Shown here: positions 1 to 14,003 of the stretch, piece after piece
How the letters are laid out: the number at the start of each line of letters is the position of its first letter
Numbering within the stretch: position 1 is the stretch's first letter
Origin: Haplodiscus bocki
Taxonomy: Eukaryota
NCBI GenBank assembly: GCA_965655095.1
Contig: OZ296658.1
Location: 76,384,001-76,448,000 of the forward strand
DNA length: 64,000 nucleotides
Direction: 5' to 3'
The notes under the pieces: generated by a model
Databases searched by the model: none
What the model saw: the letters and a program-made list of their open reading frames with translations, nothing else
Told to the model about the DNA's origin: nothing
Translations under genes and position numbers: made by a program

Positions 1-1583
1 TTGACTTTTATACTTTATTTCATAATTTCAATTCAGGCTAAATTAAAGTAGCCTGAATTGGTGGATGTTGATTGCATTTTGTAATTTTAATTCAGACTAA
101 ATTGAAGTGGTCTGGATTATTCTGTTTGCTATTATATTTTTTTTTCACTCCTAAAGTGAAATTGTCATAACGATATTTCATATTTTTTCGCGTTTTGGTG
201 GCGCCCTAATACGAGTCCTGATTAGAATTTTCCAACTTCTGGCAGTATCTTCGCGCGTAAAATTTCGTTGCTGTAAGTAGAGTAAGACGTAAATTGAGCT
301 GGTAACTATATGCTTCTGAATCAAAAGACCTTATGGTGAATTTCCCTGTGCTATTCCGCGCTTACAATTTGGTAATCCCCCCTTACCAACGTGCAGTTAG
401 TCGAGCTTAGAAGGTTGGAAATTTGGAATACGTTCAATAATAATTCAGTGTTCTTTCATACCATTCTCTGCTATAGCTCAAAGTCCTTGCTTGAATTCAC
501 GCAATCCCTTTGTTCGCACGGCTAAGCAAGGCACACTATTGAGACTTGTAAATGTTAACCGTCGCTACCATGCAGTAGAGCTGACCGAGCGTACTGCCAG
601 CATAGCTAAGTAAATACTAGATTGGTAATAACAATTCCCCCACCGCGTGCGACAACTCTACTAAATTAGCAGAATATGTTGCCATTTTTGATGATATGGC
701 GGACGAAAGAATTTGTTGGACGCCAGTTTTCACGACGCATTCCTTCTGTATATCTTCAATAAACGCACTTCACTACAAGTTTGACTGAGTTTTTCCTTCA
801 TTCTGGGTATACATTGAAATTACACTTCACACCATTCAAAATTCTGAACCATCGCAAAACACTCGACTCGTTGGAGGACGAAACCTACACCCAGCTAAGT
901 GTGTTCAATAAATGTCACTCCGGACCGAAAATATTTTTGAAAAGCGTGTTCAACTGCCATTAGCATTTGGATCAAATTCTAGGCATCTATAATGCAATAG
1001 TACCTGTTACCAGTGTCGTGACGCCATCTCAATTTTAACATGTCAAGAAAAAAACAACCCCCCAATCATACTAATTTTCAGAGTTTTTCTGAAAAAAAAT
1101 TCCGACGAGACAGAGTGACAAGAAGGATACATTTGAATGACAACAAGGACTGTACGAACTTGACCCACATAACAAAAACGTTAAAGAAAGTGGACAAAAA
1201 TATTTTGAAAAACAACTACTGACATAGTTCGATAAAAGAGACCTAGTCTATGTCTTCAAGTAAAGAAAATCTAAAGATGGAGTTAAAGATGAACTGCAAA
1301 GAAATTAGTTACTAAAGGATCGCAAAGTCTCTCTGATTTTTTTGCAACCCTGGTTACCGCATCAATCATACTACAGATGGCAAAATTGTTTCCATGATAA
1401 CTGATCACAATTACAAACAAATGATACAAAAAATTCTTGAGACAGAGGCAGGCAATGTTTTTGGCGAAGAGCATGCTCCATCATTTGTTTTTGAAAAAAG
1501 GCAATTGATAATTTTGGATTATGTTCCATTTCAAATCATGAAAACATCTAGCACTTCCCATTTTTGTTCTTCCTTTCGTTAGA

Positions 1584-3380
1584 TGTGACGTACTGTCCCG
1601 AGACGTCGTCTCTGAACTACAGGAGGAGCCTTAAATTGCCTGATAATTTTATTCTAGAACTTCATGTATCCATCACCTAGCCAGCTAAACTAGACAGTGA
1701 AAAAACAATAGCACAAACTTTAAAAAACGAGAACGAAATAAATGTAAACTACCTAACTCAAATTATATTGGCCGGCAAAACAGCTAACAAATCAAACTGC
1801 CCGACTGTTTCATCTGCGATCGAACAGATATAGAAATCCCGGAATTGAACACCGAGTTTTGGATTAAGATTGGATGAAAGATTAGCTATTGGTTGCATGA
1901 TATGGCAGCATGCTGTTATTTTGGAGTCCATCTGCGAAACCAAAAGCGATCCTAATTTTGCTTCCCACTTCACCGACTGGACTTCTTACTCCTCCTCTGA
2001 CTTGCTCTCCTACTCTCTTCTTCTCCGTTTTACTTTTTTACTTGGAGAAATTATTGTAAGTCCAACTCCATTTCTCCCTTTTACTACCTTCGACCAACTT
2101 ATTCTAAATCCAATCTCCCTTTCTCCCTTCTCTCCTTGCTTGGACCAAAAGAATCTAAGTCCAAATTTTATTTGCTCTTCCGGGACTAAAAATTTCAAGT
2201 CCAACTTTAATTTACTAAAAATTTTCTAAGATAATTTCATTTTCTGTCTTAGAAGGAAATTCACTGAAATTCTACAAAAATATCCCAAGACAATGTCATT
2301 TTCTGTCATAGTCGCAAATTCGCTCAAATGCTACAAAATATTCTAAGACAGTTGCACTTTCCATCTTAGTCGCAAATTCATTGTACAAAAACGTTCTAAA
2401 TCCAACTCTGTTTCTGACTTATGAAAAATCTCTCCTTTTCCTCACCTACTCCATACTTTTGCCAACGGAGTTTGAACAGTGTCCACAAACGCCAGCTTCG
2501 GTATTGGCGCGTGCGGATTCCATAGACTAACGTCAGTTCTGAAGCAAAAGTGAATCTTAAACTGCAAAACCCTCACCAGGTTTTTCGAAAAACATTTATT
2601 TCGCGTTACATAATAGACCAAGTCCCACCTCGTCCGTTGCCGTGGAAATTTAGAAATCATTCCAAACTCCTAGATACGGACTAAAGACGCAGAAATTGTC
2701 CCTTTTGCTAAAATTCCCAAACAATTCCACTTTCTGACTTAACGTAAAACTCCCATTCCATTCTATTGCAAGTCGGATTTATAAAAAGAAAATCCCAGAA
2801 AAACGAGTAAATCACCCGATTCCATCAATCGTAACCGTTAGTCAGAAGTTTTTCTAGTCCAGAATGAGTACATCATTTTGGTCAATAACGACGCTTTTTG
2901 CATAAATCCAGACGTGAAATATGGCTGGTTTTCCAACGGAAACTAAACTAAAACTAAACAATTTCCGGGCCTATTGATAAATTCCCCATGAATACACGAG
3001 ATGCAGTAGACTCCTGGGCCCATCCATAAGTTTTCGTCCCCGTAAAATCCGCTAGACGATAGTTTCGGTTGGAAAAAAAGGAACTAGGAGAAAATCACAA
3101 GGTCGCCGCTTGAAGCAAGTTTTCAGTTAAGTCCTAATTGAAACTCAAAACATCTTTTCCCCGCCAATAAACCCGCAGACTTCTTAACGTTTCGGAAAAT
3201 CGGGGAAAACTAAAATCTTTCAACCAGTCGCTATGCTGACACAAGTACTGAGTCGTGAATAAAACAATTACTTAATCCTACAAATGAAACACATGTAAAT
3301 TCCTCGTCAACGGTTCACGCCTGACCACAAGAGGAAATCTAAGAGACCTGTCTCGGTAGACTGCGGACTGCACGTCACCA
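1584..3380. mobile_element. Possible solo-LTR/TIR-bounded degenerate element
   Basis: Starts TGTGACGTACTGTCC and ends GGACTGCACGTCACCA (imperfect inverted ends). Internal short repeats (aaattcact..aaa.tctacaaaa) at 2200-2400. No clean TSD. Confidence 0.35.
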
Positions 3381-6300
3381 GAGCGTATACTGAAAGATAA
3401 TGTACATGAAAGTAGTCCTCTTCAATTCACAGCCTCATCCTGATATCTTGACCGCCTAATGAATAGAAAAGGGACTCCTAAGATCTAAACCAGTCGACGG
3501 CGGATTGCCCGTTACTGAGTGTAGACAAAGAGAAAAAAAAATTAAATAGTACATATATATATAAACATAATATAAAATTTCATAAGAGCCACAAAAAGAA
3601 AAAACAGTGCTAGAAAGAGCGAGTATCAATCTGTTCGCCCAAGTCAAGAGCTCAAAAATGAACTTACCAATTGATATTTTCCGCAAAGATTTTTCCGATT
3701 TTTTCTGAAAGTTCTCTTACATTTCATAATTTTTGATTTTGGATAGAATTAATGAAAAAAGTTTCAATAATTTTGTGGGTATTTGTATCAGATTTTTAAA
3801 GTAATGTTTTGAAACTCTTTTAAACCTTGTTGATAATTTTTCCAATTTTTTATATGACTTTTTTTCAGATTTTGTTCTAAAGTGTCGTTGATAAGTTGAA
3901 TTGGAAATTACTTCCGAATTTTTAAAGCTGAGACTAGTGATAGAAGTAGAGAATAATTTTCGTTCTTTTCTGGAGACAACTGCAATAAATTTTGATATCA
4001 TCAGACTGCTGTTGCTTTACAAATTCCCCTTCTCCTCGCGAGCAGTTTTCTTTGACTCAGTCCCCAGAGACGTACATTTGCATTTCAATTTGCTTGAACG
4101 CGTTTCATTTTCCTTTGTAAATTGAATAATTGAATATTTCATTTTCTGTTTCCCTTTCATCGCTCATAAAGTCCTTGCTGTTGAACTTAAGCAATTTTTG
4201 TTCGCGGAGCCAGCAAGGCAAGGAGAGTAGGAAGATAAAAACTTTAGAGACGCTCTCTGTTTATTGATAAAACAACTGACGCACCGCAGCTGTCGCTTTA
4301 ATTTAAGCAACAAATGGAGCATTAGGCACGCACCGCTCTGAGTGAGAGTGTAAATTAGCACCAAATAATAAATCCGACTTCAATTCTCTTTCTTTCATAC
4401 AACCACATGCTTCTGCGACAACTCTCTTAAACCTATTGAAGAAGTTTCGTTGAAAAAGACACCTCCAAAAAGAAAAGATTCCCAAGACAAAAAAATTTCC
4501 ATCAGATGGGCTAACCAATGATGTTACGTTTCCCGAAGCTGATGGAGGAAAATGAACAGTGCAAAAGTTTCCATATTTGGCAAATTTTGTGCACCTGAAA
4601 GTTGGATTTCGCGTTCCAGTGGTGCAAACCGGTTTTTTCAAGGAAGAAGGCAGTTTTGCTCTTGAAAATCCAACACTAGCAATACAGCTCATCAACTCCA
4701 TTGAAACCACGTCAACGACCATGCAACTCTTCTGCTGCCGTAATGTCAACTGTCAATACTATTGGAGAAACTGCCACTAAAATCCTCATTTTCACACTAC
4801 ACCAACACGAAGCTTGAACCACTACGGACAAAATTTTGGTGACAACCGACGTTTGCGTTTATGTTCCTCCTGCAGCTGGAGTGATTTGGATAAGGCTCCC
4901 AGCCTTTTGACAAAAAACGGCTGGCGCCAATTGGACCAAAACTAACCATTGCAAGTGGCCAACATTCGCAGGTCATCGACAAGAGTTGCAGCGCCTTTAC
5001 AAATAGTTTGAAACCCTTTAATATGATCGTCTATTCCAAAAACAAATCACATTGAAACAGATAACTATCTAGTTAAGGCTAGATCTAGTTAACTATCTGG
5101 TTAACAACTAGTTATGGCTATCCAGCAAAAAATCTCCTTTCTCTCCATGTGATCTGCAGTTTAAAGGAAAATTACTAACTGACAATTTAAAGAATCCAAA
5201 ATTTGACACAATACAGAATTTTGGGCAATGTTCGGTTTGTTGAATCTGCTATGGAGAATAACGCTCCTCTTTCCAAACCATGTCGATACATGTCGATACC
5301 GCCCGACGATGCCATTTCCAACTATCATCTGTACTGGAAACCTCATCAATGACATGATGCAAATCGGGAACTGTTGACTCGGCAACACAAATTAGAATTA
5401 CCAACGAATAACTTCCTCATTTCTTACTTATAGTTACCCTTCCGGCAAATCGCTTTTGACGCAACCATCGCCTCGTTAGTGAGTTCAAATGCTATTCTGC
5501 CACTCTTTGTCGAGTCCAGAAGGGTAACTTTGAATTGAAAACAATCTTGATGGAATGCTCTGACGACAATGGTCTGATAACGTCTTCACCGGTAAAAGAT
5601 TTGAATACTTGGACTCTGCACCAGATTTCACTGATGCAATTGGCTGGCAAAACTGATACCAACATAGTCAAGGTAAAGTAACCGCTAGATACAAGTATTG
5701 TTTCTGCAGTTGTTGCCATGAAGAAATTGTTTCATCATTGGGCCAGGAAAAGTTAACATTCCTCATAACAAACGACCGATTTAAATGAACCACATTTGGG
5801 CTTTGCCATTTTTTGCAGACGCTCGACGGCATTCACAGTTTCGACTACAAAAGCGAGTATCAATTAGAAATCATAAAAACCTCTGTATACTGTATTTGCT
5901 CAATTTCATGCAACAGATGGTCACCACTGAGGAAAAACGCCTGGAGACTATCGGAATCTGTTTTGCAATTATTGGCCGATTTTTTTCTTGACTGTTGCTG
6001 GATACCTGGAACTAAAATTGTTCTTCAAGTTTCGCTTGACTTTTTGCAACTGTGCAGAACATTTTAACTTTTGGGAGTTTTGCTCTGAAATTATATAATG
6101 TAGTCCTTCAAGGTTGATTCAGTGTCGTCCAGGACAACATATTCTGCTTCTAGGTTTTGAAACAATCCTTAGCGCGTTTGTAGTACTGCAGATGTGCCTT
6201 CGCAGCAACAGACAAAGTGTTGAGACATGGGGTCCTTGACAAGTGGCTGTTTCATAAAATTTCTATCGTTGATCAATGTTATTTCAACCAAAAGGCTAAT

Positions 6301-8159
6301 TGTATTGCTTTTTGGAGCCTTCGTGATTTGTTCGCATCCAACTTCCAGGCTGATACTAGCTTGGGGATAGCAAGTTTTTATCTGAATCTTCAATATTTTG
6401 AAAATAACCATTCTACTGCGAGTTTCGACAAGACAACAGCTTAAGCAAGTCTCACAAATGACGATGTTCGTACCATCTCATGTTAACAAACCAGGGTTTT
6501 GCTAATATCGGACGACTCTATGAAGGCCACTTTTCGAAGAGACTGCGTAGACTTCTAGGACCGGACCCATACTTTCGTTACGAGATGTCTCTCTCAAATA
6601 TAACCAGCGTGCGGCAGGTTTCATCTGGAACTGGATGACACATCGCAAAACCTTCACTATTTTGAAAATGGCATTTACAATCCTCATGATACATGGAACG
6701 CTGTGCGCCTAATTGAAATTCAGGAGGAAAACCAAACATTCGAAGCTCTCCTATGCTCTTAACAGCGTCAATTCGGGTTGGGTGACCACAGTCTGTGCCT
6801 AGTCAGCATTTGAAGAGGTGGAAAACAAATAGAAAACGTCGTAGTCTCCACGATGCACCCTGAATTGAAGTACAAAAATATTGGAAAGTCGTCATAGGAA
6901 ACGCTACCATCTGACAGGTGATTCAGTTGCCGTCCAGCATACCGTAGTACGCGCCACTACTTACGTAGACACCTGCTGGCGGTCAACCCTGTAGCTTCAA
7001 CAATCCTCAGATGCCACTTCGCTTACCAATTGGGGAATAAAGGGCAACGTGGGTCTAGCTTAACGTTTTTTTTTGGAGTTATTCTTGAGCAACAGCTACC
7101 AACCTTCATAACTCAATTTGACAGATGAGCAAATTCAAATCCGTGTAGTGAATCATAACCATTTGTAAACACACCAACAGGTATTAAATCATACCGTCAA
7201 GTAGAATTTTGAGATCGTTATGCAGCTTTCAGTCATGGTGCCTTACAGGAAGTTGACTCTTCAAAGCAAACCCAAGTAACAGCAAAAAACTGACAAATTT
7301 TAGAAGTTGTTCCTAACCATGATTGGTACTGATTTTGGTTTTAGCGGAGCCAAAGGCAGCTTGCCACCAAGAGCTCCTCCCTTTTTCTTTTTTCCCGAAC
7401 TACAGTTCGAATCCGAGAAGAAAAATGAGATCAGAAAAACTAGATTTTGAAACAATCTTATGAATTTTGAGCTGACACAAGCCAATGATTCGATCTCAGA
7501 AAATCTCCAGGGAAAATGTTTTCTGAGTAAAAGTACTGAAAGAGGCTTAGGTGCGTTAGTATCCCAAATTGGAGAAAAAAGTCACAAAAAGACTCAATTG
7601 CAGACATACGGGGAAATTCAAGAAGTTAACTGCATGCTTGTCTTACAGTTATTCCCCTCCTGACGTCATCCCAACAACAAGTTGCAAAAAGCCTATCCGC
7701 TCAGCTCAGTTTCTCACGTGAATCAGCTAAAAAATGTCTACTACGACGGCAATTGAATTCAAAAAGAAAAAACTGCAATTTGGTTTGTGTTATAACGCAA
7801 GCACTTTAGAAAAACAATTTAATCGATGCTACATGCGTTCCCACAATCAGAACTCGAAACATCCATTTTCACGCGCGTTCTTAAACTGGACGGAAATATA
7901 CGAAAAACTCCAACCTACCACTCCACGGGAGACGATACCATCAGCTATACTAACGAAAGTTACATCTAATAGTATTTTTAAGCTCGCGATAATTACTATT
8001 GGTACGCCCAAAGTAGACACCTTTAATTTCTAAACTACTCAAGCGGGAACGTTGATCAAGCTAGCATGCATATTGGTCATGTCCTATTGACGGCACTTTC
8101 ATTATAGCGTGAAGGACTGGGTATTGTCTGGAAAAATTTCCCTGACATTGTGGAATTCA

Positions 8160-9602
8160 AACAAGACGGCCGGCTAGCACCGGCATATTTTTCGCCCAAC
8201 TACAAATATTTTGATCAACTTTTGCAAACGGTTAAAAACAAAACAACTGTTTTGATATTAGTCTTCAAAGAGTGTTTACAAACATCTATTCGACCACTGA
8301 TTTCTGTACTCTATGCAAAAGGGTATCACGATTTTCCGTTGAAAAAAATTTGTCTCACAGTGCCGAAAAATTTCGTCGAGGAACCCTTCTGTGTTTCACA
8401 AAATTTCTGATACCGAAAAATGTTAGGGATAAGAGAGGGGGCGGGTATCACGATTTTCTGTCAAAATTGTTTTGTCTCACAGTACCGAAAAACTTCGTAG
8501 GGGAACCATTGCGTGTTTCACAAAATTTCTAGTATCGAAAAAATTTATGGATATGAGGGGGGGGGGGGGGGAGGAGCAAGATTTTCTGTGGAAAATTTTT
8601 TATCTCACAGTGCCGAAAAAATTCGTAGGGGAACCTTTTAGGGTGTCACTGATTTCGGGTATCGAAAAATTTTATACTTAAGAGAGTTATGTCACGATTT
8701 TTTGTCGAATCTTTTTGTCTCGCAGTGCCGAAAAACTTTGCTGGGGAACCCTTTTGTGCTGTGTTTCGGAAAGTTTCCGGTAGCCAAAAAGTTTATGGAT
8801 GAGAAGGGAGGGGAGTATCAAACTTTTCCCTCGAAAATTTTTTGTCTCAAAGTGCCGAAAAAATTCGTACGGGAACCTTTTAGTGTGTCATTAATTTCGG
8901 GTATCGAAAAATTTTATGCTTCCGAGGGTTATGTCATGATTTTCTGTCGCAATTTTTTGTCTCACAATGCCGAAAAATTTCGTTGGGGAACCCTTCTGTG
9001 CTGTGTTTCAGAACATTTCCGGTAGCCAAAAAGTTTATGGATAAGAGGGGGGGGGGTATCAAGATTTTCCGTCAAAATTTTTTTGTCTCACAGTACCGAA
9101 AAATTTCGTAGGGGAACCCTCCTGTGCTGTGTTTCAGAAAATTTCCGGTAGCCAAAAAGTTTATGGATAAGAGGGGGGTATCAAGATTTTCCGTCGAAAT
9201 TTTTTTGTCTCACAGTGCCGAAAAATGCTGTAGGGGAACCCTTTAGTCTTTCATTACTTTAGGGTATCGAAAAAGTTTGGATGAGAGTGTGGGGGGGAGT
9301 ATCAAGATTTTCCGTCCAAATTTTTTTGTCTCACAGTGCCGAAAATTTTCGTAGGGGAACCATTTTAGTATTTCATCAATTTCGGGTGTCGAGAAATGTT
9401 AGGGATAAATCGTAAAAAGATTTGGCAGGGCAGTGACTCGAACCCCGACCCTAATGCTTGAGAACCTTGTTGTCCTACGCCTACCGCTGTCATTTATTTT
9501 TGAATTAAAAGAGTTGGCAGTTTTGGTCAGATAAAAAAAAGAAAAACGACCCTACTGAATGAATAATTGTTCTTGTATATATTCATATACGGCGAAAAAT
9601 AA
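8160..9602 (-). mobile_element. Helentron-associated non-autonomous element (HINE/DINE-like) with an internal tandem-repeat array
   Basis: 11-bp subterminal inverted repeats TATTTTTCGCC (8186-8196) / GGCGAAAAATA (9591-9601). Terminal hairpin GCCGG-CTAGCA-CCGGC (8169-8184). Internal ~115-125-bp units with core tgtctcacagtgccgaaaaa. An inverted copy lies at 53212-54311. Confidence 0.65.
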
Positions 9603-12205
9603 CAAGAAGTGAATTACACAAAAGATCGTACATACTTTTAATCGAATGTTTTACAGGTGAAGAGTGATGTGCATTCGCTGTCAAAGACACAGTGCGACAA
9701 AGAACCACACAGTACTCATCACACATAAGTCTTTCCGCACGAAAACTTTTAATGACAAACAAGGATCTGCGAAATGCACTAGATCAGATTTGCCTGAAAG
9801 TTTCTCTTTAGGAGTTTTTTGAACGTCCTGGCGTGAAGGGTGTTATAGCAACCACAATACGCCACCCAAAGTTTGCAGTAGTTCACAAATTGCCGGACAA
9901 TGCATCTACATGCTTTGCTAGAGCCATTAATATTTATCTCCACTCACAATAATGTAGCCTATGTTGCAACTGCTCGCAAACTCTCGAAACCCAGGAGTCA
10001 GACTACATAAACTGAACTACATTTAAAAACCGACCAAATTACTCTTCGAAACACACGAACATTTTTTGAAAACAACGTTTTATTATCGCATTATTCTGGA
10101 AGGATCATGCAAGCCATGTTCTTCATTTTTAGCGAACCCCGATAGTCCGCCTACTTCCTGTAGCTTGGACATCTTTTTGAAGATAGACAGCTCCCATTGA
10201 TCTTAATAGCCTCTTGAGAGCCAAATAAGCACTTTTGGATCCACTTGATCTGTGTCCCGGAGTCATACAACAGTCTCTGTTGAATGATTCAAAGTTTCAA
10301 CCCCTTTTTTCCAGCTGGTCAAATGTTACCACAACCCGGAAGGGTCCTATACTTTTTTTGGGACCATGCAGTATTAATTCTCTTTAGGAAGCGTGGGAAG
10401 TCAAACCAATTGGTGACGCTACAGCTTCTTGGTATTTCCCCAGCGTAATGGATCTTGGAGAATGAATCCTAGTTTAAACTGTAGCAGCAAAATACCAAAT
10501 TTTTCAACGAAACTTGAAAAAAAAAACAATTCCATGATGCATTTTCATTCAACTTGAAAATCCCTCAATTATTGCGATCAGAACTAAGTTGAGCGGCTTA
10601 TCAAACTAATTTGAAAAACATCATGACTGAACTTTTTTATCAGGCCCTTTTGGCAGATGCAGAGTTAACCATGGAAGTTGCTTCTGTCATTATATTGGAC
10701 ATACTGAAAGTGTGCTGAAACATTTCTATGCGAAAATCTGCAGATCCGCTGTAACACCACCATTCACTCGCAACGTCTCTTTTTGTAATCGCAATTCCAA
10801 TGACAATTCGTGAAACTTGCAACAATAGTGCAGACGATATTGCAGATGCCGCAGTACCGATTAGGTTTTTTTCCCTCGGATAAAATCTAAAATGCTGTAA
10901 GCCTTCTTGTAGCCCTTAGACTATTACGGTCAGCTGATGTTCTCCAATTTGGCGGTAGACACACTTCATAATTTTCAGGACCTACACTTAAGAACCAGCT
11001 TTGCTGACGCCCTGACTCGGGTAACACGCTTTTCGGAGGACAACAACAGAAAAGATTCTCTTCCTCAACTAGATCTTTCTGGAGCTTTCTTAGATTTGTA
11101 ACTATCCCTCTGTGAAAGACGAAAGAGTCTGCGAACCTTCTGCAGGGTATAAACAATTTCCAAGCGAGAAACTGACTCGTTTTTCAAGCATGCGTAACAA
11201 CACTTTTCTCTGATTTCATACTCATCGTGCTACGTGACTTCTCGTTATATGTACTTTCAGGATGTTCTGCAGATACGTAGACAATGTTCAGTGTTTACTG
11301 TGACATACAAGAAAAAACTGAAGGTTTCTCGACAGATTTGACTGTCCGAACTGAGTCACTTGAAGGATGTAACAATCTAATTCTTCTCAAACCTCTACTC
11401 AAACCTTCAGGACTGAACTACTATGAACATATAGGCTGTCTCGAACGATTTATGAAAACCATTTGATATGATTAACGTTATGTTTTTGATAACGAGAAAT
11501 TTGACGTCACGAGAAATTTGAAGCTAAGATAAAATAAAAAATAAAGTTCGTTCAATTGAAGAGAGGCATCGGTCTGCTGAAAAAACATATGTTTCGGCAA
11601 AAAAATGTTTTTTTTTTTGTGAGGATTCATTTGCAATCGACAGACGACGAAACGGTCTTGAGTAAAAAATTTGCAATCAGGTCAAGTTCAAATTACTATG
11701 ACAATCAGAAATTGTCAAAAGAAATAACATGAACGTTTTGATAAACATGAACACTTTTATCTCGAACATTTTTGAACTACTTTTTCTATTCTAATTTTGG
11801 TGCTCACCTCTGTTTTTCTTAAATTACCTTGCGCTTACCATACTTCTGATCACGCGACGTCTCGTGACAACATATCACGCCACCTCAAAAAAAGTGCAGA
11901 ATTATTATTAAAATGACGATAGTTTCTGGTGCTTTAACAATCTCCTGGAGACGGCCGCTACACCACAGCAACGTCTTGGAGACGCTTTGACAACCAACTT
12001 TCCAGAACATTCCAAGGACGAACTCTAGAGACTTTTTACGACATCGATTGCACCAGATCGACAAAAATACCCAAAAATCGTCAAAATATCAACGGGCGTG
12101 AAAACTGATCACGCCGGGCAGAGTATATAAGACAGCATCACAAATCTCTGCTTTTAGACACCCAACTTAGAAGATAAAACTCAAACTGCAAATTCGACGT
12201 TAGAC

Positions 12206-12235
12206 CTCTCTCTCTCTCTCTCTCTCTCCCTCTCT
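12206..12235 (+). repeat. (CT)n microsatellite
   Basis: ctctctctctctctctctctctccctctct. Confidence 0.9.
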
Positions 12236-14003
12236 TTCAGAATCTCTCTCTTCAAGTTTGTAAATCTCTTCAAAAAAAACGAAATCAGTTTCAATCTTCC
12301 TCAACCATCGAACGACCTCCTGTATTCAAAGACCACCCCGAACGATCTTTCATCTTCACAGAATACCCCAGAAGGCTCATTTGGCTAACCACAACCCTTT
12401 GATCTCCCATATCAATACAGCAATAATGCCGTGAGTTCAAAAAAAATATTATTCTTGTTTTCTCAGGAAATACTTAGTTGCTTTAATATTATTCGAAAAC
12501 GAAATGAAATATTCAATCAAATTCATTTTTGATTTTTTTCTATCACTTTTTACTATAGCAAGCTTTAAACAAATCCTTTTTCAGTAACCCTAAAGTAGTT
12601 AAAACTACTTTTTCAATTCAATATTAGTAGAGTATTCCCAGACTCACTACTAACAAAATTATATGTGTGACGAGAACCAGAAACGCGCATTCGAAAAAAA
12701 ATATGAGAGTTATTCAAAGCTTGCTAAAGTTTGAGAAGATAGAATGTCAAAACTGCCACCACCAGTAATAGAAGTTGAAGAATTTAGAACCTAAAGAATT
12801 AGGAAACAATTCGTTTGCACAGAGTTGATAGTATTTGTTAATAAATTTCACTCTGTACCAAGCGGTGAACTTAGAGGCGGTAAGGTACCAGCGTAGCATC
12901 TCCCTGTCAGGATACAAGTAGAACGTGCAAAATCTGCAGTACTGACTAATGCATGGTTGTGAACTGAACGTCTCGCAGTTGTGCCAAACAACCTACAGTG
13001 AATTTTTTAAGACATAGTTAAGAAAGAATATATTTCAGCCACCACCATTCAAAGTAATAGAAATAAGCCATTTGAGCAAAGAATTCAAAACACAACATTC
13101 ACTAAACAATCGTCACATTACAAATTAGATGCTCCATTAAGAGTTCACAGCCGACTGTCTATTTTCTATGGTGTTTCAAAGGTGGTAACCGGGAGATGTG
13201 GGATATTGCGCTAAACAAACAGGCGTATACGTGTCAAACACAAGCATACAAGGACGAGCATTATTTACTCAAGACAGTCACCGGAAAGCTCATGCACATC
13301 AACAAAGAGGGCAGCCTCAAAACTATACGCTGTTTCTCCATCTTCCTTTTGTTGTTCTTGGAGTTCCTTTTTGTCTGGTTTTATCCTTCATACCTGACCT
13401 CGCTTTTTATAGACAACCATTTGCTAACTATAAAAGACTAACTAAGTAGATTTATCTTCTATCACAATTGCCCGATTCTTTTGTTATGTCCCGAAAACAA
13501 GCGCTCAGAAACGGAAAACAATGGAGTGCAGTTTCTCAGAAACAGGGTTTAGTGCGCATACATATTGGTCCTTGATTAAGCTGCATAATTACTTCAACCC
13601 AATTGTTAGAAACTCAGCCATCCATGTGGGATCTTTCCTTCTTTGATATGCTTGTGCCGAGCGAGTTTAACTTAACCTTTACATCAAAAACAGAGACCTG
13701 AGAAGAATAAAAACCAGTCAAAGGATAATGCTAATTTTTTCTTACTGCAGCTCCATCGAAAAAGTGTTAAACGCCATTAGAAGAAGAAAAACCTACTTCT
13801 CTAAAGTAGTACCAGACTAAGCAGAGGAGCCAATAAAGCCAGTTTCCTCGCCTTGAAACCGTTTGCCGTGGAAGGAAAAATTCCGCAAGAGAATGTGTAA
13901 TCCAAAACACCTGGGTTCAAACATTCCAACAAACACTTTAAATTTTGCTTTCGCAGGGAGAAACAACAGCAAACTTTTTCCGCAGAAGTGAATCACAAAA
14001 CCA

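Noticed and set aside
3700-7300. Patchy coding-like sequence (e.g. CTKFAKYGNFCTVH, CECWPL...GWEPYPN)
   Set aside because: Probably a decayed TE or viral relic, but I recognise no motif and cannot reconstruct a frame.
8272-9025. ORFs with [13 protein letters not shown] repeats (also 53469-54249)
   Set aside because: Translation artefacts of the tandem-repeat array; no domain, frequent frameshifts.
9650-13950. Decayed coding-like block and an LTR-like promoter region (TATATAA at ~12124, CT tract)
   Set aside because: No recognisable domain, termini or TSD; left unassigned.
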